This document shows, in pieces, positions 1-10,073 of a stretch of DNA of 64,000 bases. A program made the position numbers and the translations under genes. Position 1 is the stretch's first letter, and every line of letters begins with the position of its first letter. The notes below the pieces were generated by a model, which was not told the origin of the DNA, searched no databases, and was given only the letters and a program-made list of their open reading frames with translations. Source of the stretch: Candidatus Latescibacterota bacterium (GTDB lineage: Bacteria > Latescibacterota > UBA2968 > GCA-2709665); contig OZ242180.1 of NCBI GenBank assembly GCA_965205485.1, positions 2,944,001-3,008,000 on the forward strand. Reading direction: 5' to 3'.

Positions 1-1
1 C

Positions 2-577
2 GTGAGGATCCGGCGCCTGGTCCTGCGCCACGGCATCAGGAGCTACGCGGCCGCGATCGACCTGTATCTGATTGAAAAGATCCTTCAGCGGGTGGCGAAA
101 GGAAAGGGGCTGGGCCCGATGGATGGGGAGGCATACGATGAGCGTTGGGCGGACGTGGGCGGTTTGTTGCTTGCGGGGTCACGGCTGGCATCGATTGAAA
201 CGGATATCGTCTCGGGAGCCATCGACACGGTGGCGGCGTTCAATGCGGCATTCGCGACGGCCGACGGGATGTATGAAAGGGATGAGTGGGCATGGGTGCG
301 CCGCACGTATCGTGACCGGACTGGCGCCCACGTGGAGGCGCTGACGGAAGACGACCTCGAGGAGATGAAAGCGGCCCACGGGAAGTTGCGCGCCTCGGCC
401 ACTAAAAGGGTGCTGGCGGATGCGGAAAAGGAGTTTGGCGCCGCCGCCGCAATCGGCTATGGCGTCGACGGCGGTGCGGACGAAGTCGAGGCCGACTTCA
501 GGGCCGTGCGCGGCGAATATTCGGAGAATTCGTTCGTGCGGGATATGCAGGAACGCGGCTTGCACGAGGTGGATTGA
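2..577 (+). CDS. C-terminal part of DUF4954-like protein (5' end outside window)
   Basis: Open from window edge; C-terminus DAEKEF..GYGVDG..E.DF..VRG.Y..N.FV resembles DUF4954-family C-termini as recalled. Confidence 0.6.
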   Translation: MRIRRLVLRHGIRSYAAAIDLYLIEKILQRVAKGKGLGPMDGEAYDERWADVGGLLLAGSRLASIETDIVSGAIDTVAAFNAAFATADGMYERDEWAWVRRTYRDRTGAHVEALTEDDLEEMKAAHGKLRASATKRVLADAEKEFGAAAAIGYGVDGGADEVEADFRAVRGEYSENSFVRDMQERGLHEVD

Positions 578-660
578 AGGACCTCGCGATTCTGTTGAGG
601 CCGGGACCGTTCACCTGTGGACGGATTGCCCGGCGACTTCAATCCGACAAGGAGTACGGG

Positions 661-1623
661 TCAGCAGATCATGCCCTGTTTCGCGCGTATGCCGTGCGCC
701 GGCGGACGGGCCCCGATCCAGCGTTCGTCCTGAGGTTCGGAGGCGAGCTGATAGCGGGAGTCCGAGGAGATGCGAATCCGGTCGGTTCGGTTGTCGGAGC
801 TGGCGTGCATCGTATGCATCGAAAAGACAAGCACGTCGCCCAGTTTGTAGTCCGCCGTCAGCCACCGGCCGCCGATCTCGTTTCGAGCCTGTATGGCGTC
901 GGACGCATACGAACCGGTGGAATTCCATCGGATTCGGGACTGTTCCTCGCCGGTCAGGTCGCGCTTCTGAGTCCTGGCGGTTTCAACGATCCGTCCGGCC
1001 TTGTCTTCGTTGTCGCAGTATTTGTCCACGTCGGTACGCGCGTATGTGTGACGGAGGCGCTCGATCTTGTGTGAATTTTCCAGAATGATCAGGCCGCCCA
1101 TTTCGAAAGGTACGTCGCCCAGCGGGGTCCAGGAGGTGAAGAGGTTGCGGGTTCCGCGGCCCATGTAGACGACGTCGTAGTGGGGTTGGGTGGGAGATGC
1201 GGTTCCCGGCGCCTTGACCCGGAACCATGTATAGTCGAAATGGATGACGGGTCCTCCCAGGAAACGTTCGTAGAAACGGATCATGGGTCCGTCATAGAGG
1301 ACTTTCATCAGCGGCGGATTATCGAGCGTTAAGTCGAACATGGAGCCGAGCCCGCCGCCCGGCTTGTATCTCCCCTCGATGAGTGGAAAGGTTTCGTCCA
1401 CCGAGCCCATCCTGGCGAGGCGTTTCATGACTTCCAGCCGCGCCGCCTGCGCTTCTTCAGGGTCGAGGAGTCCGGGCAGGTAGAGGTAGCCATCGTCTGC
1501 CATTCGGGCGTGCAGCGCGGCAGGATCGCGAAGAATGTCGTCCGAACGCCGCAACTCGCCCACGTCGTTGACGGATCCCGCCATTGAATTCCCGCGAAAA
1601 GTCAGGTCGAGCAGGGCGCTCAT
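661..1623 (-). CDS. Phytanoyl-CoA dioxygenase (PhyH) family Fe(II)/2-oxoglutarate dioxygenase
   Basis: HYD iron motif, WTPLGD, GDVLVF..HTMHAS..N..R.S.D.RY; start moved to MSALL downstream of promoter. Confidence 0.85.
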   Translation of the reverse strand: MSALLDLTFRGNSMAGSVNDVGELRRSDDILRDPAALHARMADDGYLYLPGLLDPEEAQAARLEVMKRLARMGSVDETFPLIEGRYKPGGGLGSMFDLTLDNPPLMKVLYDGPMIRFYERFLGGPVIHFDYTWFRVKAPGTASPTQPHYDVVYMGRGTRNLFTSWTPLGDVPFEMGGLIILENSHKIERLRHTYARTDVDKYCDNEDKAGRIVETARTQKRDLTGEEQSRIRWNSTGSYASDAIQARNEIGGRWLTADYKLGDVLVFSMHTMHASSDNRTDRIRISSDSRYQLASEPQDERWIGARPPAHGIRAKQGMIC

Positions 1624-1693
1624 TCGAATCTCCTGGCGGTTGGTAACTGCGACATGCGAAGACAACGGCAAAATGCTATTAACGTCGGGGTTT

Positions 1694-1722
1694 AATATGC
1701 CAAAATAGTCTCAGACTGTCAA
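1694..1722 (-). promoter_or_regulatory. Sigma70-type promoter for PhyH gene
   Basis: TTGACA-17 nt-CATATT on minus strand. Confidence 0.55.
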
Positions 1723-1749
1723 ATCCAATGCCGTGAATCGATAGAAGAA

Positions 1750-2718
1750 TCACGTTGAGTCCTTTCGTGGGCCGAATGAGTCCCGCGACGGTGATGGTAA
1801 CTGTGGAAGCAGTTCGAGCGCGGCATTCAGCACGGCTTCGACCGACAGGGCCGGGAGGTGGCCGCCCGGGGCTTTCAATATACGGGCGAGGGGATGCCGT
1901 GGCGCCCACGTTTCCGCGTCCGTGGGTCCGAACAGGGTGAGTGTCGGTGTGCCGACCGCCGCTGCTATGTGTCCGGGACCGGAGTCGTTTCCAATGAACA
2001 GGTCGGCTGCGTGCAGCAGGGCGGCAAGGCTGCGAAGGTCTCGGGGAACCAGGCAGGGAAGGTGAGCCGGCAGTTCATCGACGACGTCCCGCTCCACGGG
2101 GCCGCATACGGCCATGACGCCCGCTCCGCGAGTGGCGAGTCTGTGGGCAAGTTCGAAATAGGAAGTCAGCGGCCAGCGTTTATCCCGGCCCCCGCTCCCG
2201 GGGTGAATGGCGATCAGAGGGGAGGCCAGACCGTGTTCTCTAAGGATCTCGCCTGCATGAGCCAGTTCATCGACGTCCGGACGGATACGGGGCATCGGGT
2301 CGGAGGTGGGAATGCCCATCCGTCTCAGCGGCGTCAGGAGGTGTTCGACGATGTGCACGCCCCCTTTCGGGCGCGGGTCGTATACGATGGCCCGGCCGCG
2401 GACGATTTCGGCGAGGCGGGACTGAAGGCTGCGTTCCGGGTCGATGGCGTAGGCGATAAGAAGATCGACATCCGAGAAGAGTGCGCGGGTACGTTCAGGG
2501 ACCGGCCCCACAGGGTTGTAAAGACCGGCGACTTCCGCGCTGTTGATGTCGACGAGGTTATTAACAGGGGCGAGATGGAGAATCGACGGGCTGCCGATGA
2601 GTCGGAGGGTTGAGCGCGGGTATGCCGCGCGCAGCGCGTTGACCGCGGGCAGCGTCAGAACAAAGTCTCCGATGGCGCCGCTTCGTATCATCGAAATCTG
2701 TTTTGGATTGACGGGCAT
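1750..2718 (-). CDS. Glycosyltransferase family 9 (LPS heptosyltransferase-like)
   Basis: GAIGDFVL, HPGSG..K.WP, GNDSGPGHIAAA.G.PT..LFGPT. Confidence 0.9.
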   Translation of the reverse strand: MPVNPKQISMIRSGAIGDFVLTLPAVNALRAAYPRSTLRLIGSPSILHLAPVNNLVDINSAEVAGLYNPVGPVPERTRALFSDVDLLIAYAIDPERSLQSRLAEIVRGRAIVYDPRPKGGVHIVEHLLTPLRRMGIPTSDPMPRIRPDVDELAHAGEILREHGLASPLIAIHPGSGGRDKRWPLTSYFELAHRLATRGAGVMAVCGPVERDVVDELPAHLPCLVPRDLRSLAALLHAADLFIGNDSGPGHIAAAVGTPTLTLFGPTDAETWAPRHPLARILKAPGGHLPALSVEAVLNAALELLPQLPSPSRDSFGPRKDST

Positions 2719-2757
2719 ACGGTTGACACCGTAGTCTTTAACGCACGGGAGAGAACG

Positions 2758-3822
2758 ATGGGTGACGTCAAATTACGTGCGGCGGTCATCGGATGCGGCC
2801 GAATGGGCCAGATCTACGCGGAAGCATTTTCAACCTATCCGGATACGGAACTCGTCGCCATCGCCGAGGTCAACGAGGATCGACGCCGGGCGGTGGGCGA
2901 GCGATTCGGGGTCAGGGCGCTGTACCCGGACACGGAAGCCCTGCTGCGTGACGCGGTTCCCGACGTGGCTTCCGTGGTGACACCGGTAAAGTACATTAAA
3001 GATGCCGTGGTGGCGTGCGCGCAGGCGGGTGTAAAAGGGGTGACGGCGGAGAAACCCATCGCCGGTCTGCTGGCCGATGCGGACGAGATGGTTGACGTCT
3101 GCATGAAACGGGACGTCGTGTTCGGCGGGGGAAACCTGCAGCGGGCGATGCACGAGGTGCAGGAGGCGGCCGGTCGGATTCACGCCGGTGAATTCGGCGC
3201 CTTGAGAGGGGCCAGCGTTCACGGATTCGGCGGTGAGATTTCGGGTGGTTGCTGTCAGCATATATCAGTACTGAGGTTGTTTGCCGGTGCGGAAGTCGAG
3301 GAAGTGATGGCCTGGGGAGCGCATGAGGAGGCGCTGGCTGCGGAAACGGATGAGGGTCTTGTTCTTCACGGCTGGTTTCGAATGAGTTCGGGCATCGATT
3401 GCGCGGTATTCGGCACGCCAACACCGTACGGCGGCGTGGATGTGTGGACCGATGATTCCATGGTGCGATGGAACTGGGCGCCGCCGGAGGTCTACCGTGG
3501 ATTTGATCCAGACGGACAACGTATCAAAGAGCAAACGGCGTATGAATCTTACGAATGGAGCGAATTTCAATATCTGACCGGGTCGCTCAGGTCGTTCCTG
3601 GCGGCAGTACGCGGGCGGGGTGAACCGTGGATTACCGGTCATGATCTGCGCCAGGCCCTGGAGGTGTCCATTGCGGCCAGGCAATCGGTGCGCGGCAACA
3701 GTACCCCCATAAGACTTCCTCTCGAAGATCGAACGCTGGCGCTTTTTCCCAGATTGTACAGGTGGGCCGGCGGGGACGTTTCAGGGCGGCCTCAGAGTGT
3801 AGAGGAAGCCAGGGGCGAATGA
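2758..3822 (+). CDS. Gfo/Idh/MocA family oxidoreductase
   Basis: VIGCGRMG Rossmann motif, AEKP; RBS GGGAGA. Confidence 0.85.
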   Translation: MGDVKLRAAVIGCGRMGQIYAEAFSTYPDTELVAIAEVNEDRRRAVGERFGVRALYPDTEALLRDAVPDVASVVTPVKYIKDAVVACAQAGVKGVTAEKPIAGLLADADEMVDVCMKRDVVFGGGNLQRAMHEVQEAAGRIHAGEFGALRGASVHGFGGEISGGCCQHISVLRLFAGAEVEEVMAWGAHEEALAAETDEGLVLHGWFRMSSGIDCAVFGTPTPYGGVDVWTDDSMVRWNWAPPEVYRGFDPDGQRIKEQTAYESYEWSEFQYLTGSLRSFLAAVRGRGEPWITGHDLRQALEVSIAARQSVRGNSTPIRLPLEDRTLALFPRLYRWAGGDVSGRPQSVEEARGE

Positions 3823-4519
3823 GAGCAGGGCGCCAACGACGCGTTCCAGCCCAACCCGGCGAACGTCGCCCGAGATCCTCCGAAGGTTCCGCAACGACTG
3901 AAACGTCTTCCCGGGTATATGGGTGCAGAAACGCGAGGCGGACGGCCATCAGCGCCAGACGGCGCATACCGAACCGGGCGCGAAAGAACCGGTTCTGCGC
4001 GCCGTCGCCGTACCTGGTGTCGCCGAGAACGGGATGGGAGACGTGGGCCATGTGCCTCCGGATCTGGTGCATGCGGCCGGTATGAGGAACCGCCCGTACC
4101 AATGAGAAACGCGCTGTGTCATGTCTGCCGACGGGCTCCGGAAGTTCGGCCGTTCCCAGCCTGACGAAGTCGGTCACCGCGTCAACCGCTGGATTTTTCC
4201 GGTGTTTGCGCAGGGGATGATCGACCCGTCCGGCCTCGGGCGCAAACCCCCGAACCACGGCCAGATATTCCTTCCGGATGCGTCGCTCTTCGAACAGGAG
4301 GCACATCTTCCTGGCCGCCTCGGAACTCAGCGCGAAGAGAAGCACGCCCGAGGTCGCCCGGTCCAACCTGTGAATCGTGAAAACGGGACGACCCAGTTGC
4401 CTGCCCAGTCGGGACATGCAGTCGGGCTCCCGTCGTCCCAGGGGAGTCGGGTGTACGAAGATGCCGCTCGGTTTGTCAACGGCAACGAAGTGGTCGTCCT
4501 GATAGAGGATTCTAAACAT
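3792..4519 (-). CDS. truC: tRNA pseudouridine synthase TruC-like (RluA family); apparent 1-nt frameshift near 3870
   Basis: VDKPSG, HRLDRATSG, TGRMHQIRRH, HPVLGD.RYGD..QNR; adding one G at 3869-3871 gives C-terminus ATFAGLGW... with stop at 3792 (track ORF runs on to 3632). Confidence 0.8.
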
Positions 4520-4617
4520 ATTGATCCACCGTTGGACGGTCTATATATTCCATCTGTTCTTCCCCGGGACATGTCTTCAATTCCGCGACTCGAGTTCCCC
4601 CAAAGGAGGCTGACGTT

Positions 4618-5586
4618 TTGGGTTATGACTGTCAGATTTTTACCGGCAACATCAACAGAACCCTGGCCGAGGAGATCTGCCGACACCTCGACATCACTCT
4701 CGGAGAAGCCGAAGTCATCAGTTTCCCCGGAGGGGAAACCGGCGTTCAAATCCGGGAAAACGTGCGCGGCAACGACGTCTACATCGTTCAGCCCATCTGC
4801 GGCAACGGGGAATTCACGCCCAACGACGCCCTGATGGAAATCCTCATCCTCATCGATGCGGCCCGCCGGGCCTCCGCTCGGCGGATCACCGCCGTATTAC
4901 CCTATTACGGGTACGCCCGGCAGGACCGTAAAGACAGGCCGCGGGTGCCGATCACCGCCAAACTGATCGGGAACCTTATCGTTACCGCCGGAGCCAGGAG
5001 GGTCCTTTCGCTGGATCTGCATTCCAACCAGATCCAGGGATTCTTCGACATCCCGATGGATCACCTCTACTCCATCAATGTTTTTGGAAACTACCTGATG
5101 GAAAAAGGCATGGAAAACCTGGTCACGGTCACGCCCGACGTGGGCAACATCAAAATGACCCGGGCTTATTCCGAACTGCTGGATGCGCCGCTCGCTATTG
5201 TCGACAAACGACGCTCGAGCGGAACGCAGACCGAAGTTCTGAATATCATCGGCGACGTGGAAGGAAAGAACGTCGTGATCATCGATGACCTGATATCCAC
5301 GGGCGGGTCGCTTGTGGAGGCCGCTACGGCGCTGAGAAAACAGGGCGCCCTGGACATCAGCGCCGTAATCGTACATCCCGTACTGGCCGGCCCCGCGGTC
5401 GAGCGCGTGGAGAACTCGGTCCTGACGGAACTCGTCGTTTCGAATTCCATTCCGGTGCCTGAAAACGTCCAGAACGGAAAAATCAAGGTGCTTTCCGTTG
5501 CTTCCATCCTGGCGGAAGCCATCCGCCGCATCCACAACGACGAGTCGGTCAGCACGCTCTTCGGCCACGTTCACGTCGAAGGATAG
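4618..5586 (+). CDS. prs: Ribose-phosphate pyrophosphokinase
   Basis: YYGYARQDRK, DLHSNQIQGFF, IIDDLISTGGS; RBS AGGAGG, TTG start. Confidence 0.97.
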   Translation: MGYDCQIFTGNINRTLAEEICRHLDITLGEAEVISFPGGETGVQIRENVRGNDVYIVQPICGNGEFTPNDALMEILILIDAARRASARRITAVLPYYGYARQDRKDRPRVPITAKLIGNLIVTAGARRVLSLDLHSNQIQGFFDIPMDHLYSINVFGNYLMEKGMENLVTVTPDVGNIKMTRAYSELLDAPLAIVDKRRSSGTQTEVLNIIGDVEGKNVVIIDDLISTGGSLVEAATALRKQGALDISAVIVHPVLAGPAVERVENSVLTELVVSNSIPVPENVQNGKIKVLSVASILAEAIRRIHNDESVSTLFGHVHVEG

Positions 5587-5595
5587 AACGACTGT

Positions 5596-5723
5596 GAAAC
5601 TACGAGAAGACGAAACTACGAAAGGCGAAACTACGAAACTACGAGACTACGAGATTACGAGACTACGAGACTACGAGATTACGAGACTACGAGACTACGA
5701 GATTACGAAGAGAACGAAACTAA
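5596..5723. repeat. 8-bp tandem repeat (GARAYTAC)n, about 15 units
   Basis: GAAACTAC/GAGACTAC/GAGATTAC units between convergent prs and serine hydrolase. Confidence 0.95.
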
Positions 5724-5749
5724 GGAGGCGGCCGCGGTACGGTTCGCGA

Positions 5750-6871
5750 CTACATCACCGAGGCTGCAACCGCATTGCCCACCCGTGGCCGCAGAGGAGC
5801 CGCGCCTTGCGGGTCGTTGGTAAACAATACGCACGTCGTCTCCGTTTCGGGATCCACCCACGCCACCGTGCCGGTCGCCCCCTCGTGTCCGTAGGTGTCG
5901 TCCGAAGTCAGATCGCCGAAGATTGAACTCACCCGATCGCGCAAACGCCATCCCAACCCCCAACGCTGTCTGAATCTGTCCGCCCGGACCAGGTCCGGCA
6001 TCGCCGACGTCTGATCCGTTGTCATTGCGGCAACCGTCGCGGGCTTCAGAATACGGATTCCGTTGAGCGCACCGCCGTACAGAAAGGCCTGACAGAGCGC
6101 CGTCATTTCAGATGTAGTCGTCAAGAGTCCTCCCCACGGGGCGCCGAATCCGCGCCAGTAGTCGGAATTCCAGTTCCACGACACGGCGTCCGCCCCGCCG
6201 TATTCCCCGCTGCGGATCTTGACTTCGGATTCCCGCGGGTTCCGTTTCATTATCCCAAGCGTCGTATCCGCAAGTCCCAACGGATCGAAGAAGGAGCGTT
6301 TCAGGAAGGTCCGGATGGGCGCCGCCTCCAATCGCTGAACGATCTCGCCCAGCATCGCGATACCGCAACTCTGGTAGGATATCCGCGTTCCGGGTTCGAA
6401 AAGCAGTTCCACCCGGCAGATGTGCTGTATGAAGACGTCCAATGGCGCGTGTTCGGACCGCAACGACAGATTCTGCGGGAGCATGTCCGGGAGTCCGGAA
6501 GTGTGGGTCAGGAGATGCCGCACCTGCACGCCCTCCTTGCCCGCCTGACCGAATTCCGGTACGAATTCCGCCACGGGGTCGTCCAGGCAGACCTTGCCCC
6601 GTTCCACGAGCAGCATAACGGCCGCCGCGACGATCGGCTTGGTAATGGATGCAACCAGGAACCGTGTATCCGGCTCAACGGGAGAACCGGCGGGGTCCAG
6701 CGTCCGGCGCCCGAAACACGCCGGCGGAAGGGCGATCCCGCCCCGCGACACCTGCAGCGCGGCGCCCATCAGCTCTCCCCGGACCACCGCCTCCTCCAGT
6801 ATCCCGCAAGCCGACCGGATGCCTTCTTCGGATAAGCCGATCTCGTCCGGGTTCTCCGTATGTCGAATCAT
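5750..6871 (-). CDS. Serine hydrolase, beta-lactamase class C-like family
   Basis: ASITK (SxxK), LLTHTSGL, FEPG...YQS, GHEG; RBS GGAGG before MIRH. Confidence 0.9.
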   Translation of the reverse strand: MIRHTENPDEIGLSEEGIRSACGILEEAVVRGELMGAALQVSRGGIALPPACFGRRTLDPAGSPVEPDTRFLVASITKPIVAAAVMLLVERGKVCLDDPVAEFVPEFGQAGKEGVQVRHLLTHTSGLPDMLPQNLSLRSEHAPLDVFIQHICRVELLFEPGTRISYQSCGIAMLGEIVQRLEAAPIRTFLKRSFFDPLGLADTTLGIMKRNPRESEVKIRSGEYGGADAVSWNWNSDYWRGFGAPWGGLLTTTSEMTALCQAFLYGGALNGIRILKPATVAAMTTDQTSAMPDLVRADRFRQRWGLGWRLRDRVSSIFGDLTSDDTYGHEGATGTVAWVDPETETTCVLFTNDPQGAAPLRPRVGNAVAASVM

Positions 6872-6906
6872 TGCGCCTCCCCGGCATGTCAATCCAAAGG
6901 GCCTGA

Positions 6907-7878
6907 TTACAGGGGTAACTCGGTTCCGATTTTCAGCTGCACCGCACGACGGTAAACCAGGATTGCAGTCGCCATGTCTTCCAGGCCGAGCCCCAGATTG
7001 ATCGCAATCGTGCGCTCCGTCGCCGACTCCCGTCCGGGTTTCAGCCCCGCCGCGATTTCTCCGAGGTCGGCATACGGCTCGGGGGTGTCACGGAAATACC
7101 CGGTCTGGCGGTAATAGTTCAACTGGCCGGTATCGTCGCTTGCCAGCTTGTCCGCTTCGCGGAACGCATCGTTTCGAAAATATGAATCGAAGTCCAGAGG
7201 GCACGCAAACGACCCTTCGGACAACCAGCCGCTGCCAACCACCGGTTCCGGATGTCTCAGCACCGGGCCGCTGGTCACCACGATGTCCAGCCCCCTCACC
7301 GCTTCTGAAGCTTCGCGAACCGGCTCTATCCGCACGTCCAGCCGGGGTCCCATTTCCGCCGCGAATCGATCGGCAAGGTCCGGATAGAGATCGTAGGCCC
7401 TGACCTCCTGAATCTCGAACACACACGAGAGCGCTTCGAGATTGCCACGGCCCTGGACGCCGCAGGCGACAATGCCAACCGTCGAGCTGTCCTTGCGCGC
7501 CAGATATTTCGCGGCCACCGCGGTCGCCGCGCCCGTCCGCATCGCCGTGATCCACGTACAGTCCATAACGCACGTGGGAATGCCGGTTTCAGGATCGTTC
7601 AGTATCAGCAACCCGCTGATGTACGGCAACCCCTTTGCCTGGTTTTCAGGGTATCCCGACACCCACTTCATTCCCGCCGATTCAAGGCTCGGTATATACG
7701 CCGGCATCGCGTGGATGAACGCATCCGGTTGGGTGTGGATGCCCGGCTTGGGAGGCATCTCCACCTTGCCCTCTCCTTTCTCCACGAACATCCGGTCCAG
7801 CCCGTCGATGATTTCCGCCATCGACAGATCCACCGCCTCCACGTCATTTCTTGAGAGATACAATACCGTATCCGACAT
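6907..7878 (-). CDS. Ornithine cyclodeaminase/mu-crystallin family protein
   Basis: HAMPAY, K.VS.YP.N...GLP, ITAMRTGA, G.G.ED.A.A. Confidence 0.9.
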   Translation of the reverse strand: MSDTVLYLSRNDVEAVDLSMAEIIDGLDRMFVEKGEGKVEMPPKPGIHTQPDAFIHAMPAYIPSLESAGMKWVSGYPENQAKGLPYISGLLILNDPETGIPTCVMDCTWITAMRTGAATAVAAKYLARKDSSTVGIVACGVQGRGNLEALSCVFEIQEVRAYDLYPDLADRFAAEMGPRLDVRIEPVREASEAVRGLDIVVTSGPVLRHPEPVVGSGWLSEGSFACPLDFDSYFRNDAFREADKLASDDTGQLNYYRQTGYFRDTPEPYADLGEIAAGLKPGRESATERTIAINLGLGLEDMATAILVYRRAVQLKIGTELPL

Positions 7879-8028
7879 TGGCCGCTCCCGGTGGAAACTT
7901 GATCTGCGATCCGATGTTCTTTATCTTGCATCCGTCGCCCGCCGGCAATCGGCGGTGACTTTGCCCCCGTTTCTTCTGTAGTCAGGCCGGAGAACGGGGA
8001 ATCTCAGGCCACATTCGAAGGAAGCGAT

Positions 8029-8817
8029 ATGGACTGCCTCACGGAAGAGCAGTGGGGACAATTCCAGAGTCAGGGCTATCTCCATCTTGGCAGGGTCGCC
8101 GGCGCGGACGAACTGAATGCTCTAAAGCAGCGCATCGACGATATCATGCTCGGCACGGCACCTTTGGACTACAGCCGTATGTTGATGCAACTGGACGTCG
8201 TTGAAGGCCGGAAAGGTCCGGGACCCCAGACCAGGGGACATAAGGGCGCCACACTGAACTACCGGAAAATTCAGGATCTGGAGTTTGATAACCTGTTCCT
8301 CGCCTATATGCAGAAACCGCTGTTCCTGAGCATCTGCGCCAGCGTCTACGGGACGAATGCGCCGGTGGCCTGCTTCCGCGCCATGTTTATGAACAAACCG
8401 GCGAGAAGAGGCCACGACCTGACCTGGCACCAGGACCGCTGGACCGACCTCGACCGGGACCCACTCATTACCGTCTGGACGGCGTTAGACCCCGCCACGG
8501 TTGAAAACGGCTGCGTCAGAATCATCCCCGGGTCTCACAAATGGGGCCTGGTCAACCCCGATAACGCGAGCGGGTTCCTGAGTCCCGACCAGATCGACGA
8601 AAGGACGCGAAGCGCAAAGCACACCTTTCTGGAACTCGACGAGGGAGAGGTCGTTCTCCTGCACAACTGGCTGTTACACAGTTCCGGCACGAATCAGACG
8701 GACGTTCCCCGCAGGGCGTTCAGCGCCTGTTACATGCACGCGGCAACAACGTCGGCGCGCGGCAATGCGTTTTCGGTCATTTTCGGCGCGGACGCACTGA
8801 CGCCCCGGCCCTCGTAA
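8029..8817 (+). CDS. PhyH family dioxygenase
   Basis: WHQD, VWTALD.AT.ENGC..IPGSH, LLHSSG.N....RR. Confidence 0.9.
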   Translation: MDCLTEEQWGQFQSQGYLHLGRVAGADELNALKQRIDDIMLGTAPLDYSRMLMQLDVVEGRKGPGPQTRGHKGATLNYRKIQDLEFDNLFLAYMQKPLFLSICASVYGTNAPVACFRAMFMNKPARRGHDLTWHQDRWTDLDRDPLITVWTALDPATVENGCVRIIPGSHKWGLVNPDNASGFLSPDQIDERTRSAKHTFLELDEGEVVLLHNWLLHSSGTNQTDVPRRAFSACYMHAATTSARGNAFSVIFGADALTPRPS

Positions 8818-8843
8818 CGCGGGATCGGCGCCCCACCGTTTTT

Positions 8844-9965
8844 TCACTTGACCCACGCCCTCGAATCCGGAACATCCAGCCAGGCGCCGTCATTCGCGAT
8901 CGATGCCTGGCTGATCAGTCCGGGAAGCGTCATGTCCATGGCTTCGTGGATCCCGATGGGGCAGGGCGCCGTTCCCATGATGGCGTTTACAAAATCCAGA
9001 ATCTCGAAATAATCCCCACCCCCGTGGCCCGCTTGCAGCGCTTCTTCGGACGGATTGCGCCAGATCTCCGGCATATATTCTTCCTCCAGTTCCGACAGTT
9101 CCTTCCAGGAATTCCTGTCTTCGCACAGATCCGCGAGCCAGATCCGGTTCGCCTCACCCCTGGCGCGTGCGGACTCGTAACATCCCGTAGTCCCCTGAAG
9201 GACGTAGTTCGCCATCGAGTGAGGGCGGTCCGACAGCATATCGACACGAATCTTGATCAACGAACCCCTCACGGTCTTGCACAGCATCACGCAGGAATCC
9301 TGATTCTCATATTGGTTCCCTCTGGGATCCGTGTAGTGATGCCCGCTGCCCTCGCAGCAGACCCGCGCCACGCGGTCGCCCACCATCCATTGAAGAATCG
9401 GGCCCAGGCTGTGCGTGCCGTAGGTGACGCCGTCGATCCCCGTCTGCCACTTCCGCCGCCAGGTCGTTATCTCGTTCAAGCCCTTCAACTCGTGGACATA
9501 CTCTCCCTCCGCGTAATAGACCTCGCCGAACAGCCCGCGCCTCACCAGTTCTTTCACGAGCACATTGGGTTTCATATACGTGAAATTTTCCGCCATCATG
9601 TACAATGCGGTGGTGTCGGCGGCCGCGGCGACCAGGCGTTTGCACTCGTCCACCGAAACCGCGGCCGTCACCTCGCTCAGCACGTGGACGCCGGACTCCA
9701 GGGCGGCGATCGCCTGTGGCGCATGGAACTGCATCGGCGTGCCGATAATCACGGCATCCAGGTCGGATTTTTGCAGCATTTCCCCGTAGTCCGAATAGGT
9801 CTCCGAGGCGCCCAGCCTTTCGGCAGCCGCTTCCAGCATGTCCTCCCGGATATCGCACACGGCATGCAGCCGTGCGGCGGGATGCGCGTCAATGGCCGCC
9901 CGAAAACTCCCGCCTCTGCCGGCTGCTCCCGCAACGCCGATGTTCAATCTTTCCAGGACTGCCAT
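8844..9965 (-). CDS. Gfo/Idh/MocA family oxidoreductase
   Basis: IGTPMQFH, HVLSEV, YMMAEN, Y.THSLGP, GHGGGDY; start MAVLE after GGAGG-like RBS. Confidence 0.88.
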   Translation of the reverse strand: MAVLERLNIGVAGAAGRGGSFRAAIDAHPAARLHAVCDIREDMLEAAAERLGASETYSDYGEMLQKSDLDAVIIGTPMQFHAPQAIAALESGVHVLSEVTAAVSVDECKRLVAAAADTTALYMMAENFTYMKPNVLVKELVRRGLFGEVYYAEGEYVHELKGLNEITTWRRKWQTGIDGVTYGTHSLGPILQWMVGDRVARVCCEGSGHHYTDPRGNQYENQDSCVMLCKTVRGSLIKIRVDMLSDRPHSMANYVLQGTTGCYESARARGEANRIWLADLCEDRNSWKELSELEEEYMPEIWRNPSEEALQAGHGGGDYFEILDFVNAIMGTAPCPIGIHEAMDMTLPGLISQASIANDGAWLDVPDSRAWVK

Positions 9966-10073
9966 ATCTTCCCAATCCTTCCGGTCTGAATGCGAAGAAA
10001 CCCCGATGCCGGCGATCCGCCGCGGGGTGGGTGGTCGCATCCGAGAGATCATGATTCCAATGGCGTACAGCCG

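Noticed and set aside
5596..5723. Possible CRISPR array, or ORF 5498..5926 with LRDYEITR repeats
   Set aside because: Contiguous 8-bp units with no unique spacers and no cas genes; the peptide is just the translated repeat
5750..6871. Antibiotic-resistance beta-lactamase
   Set aside because: No signal peptide; motifs fit generic cytoplasmic esterase/serine hydrolase members
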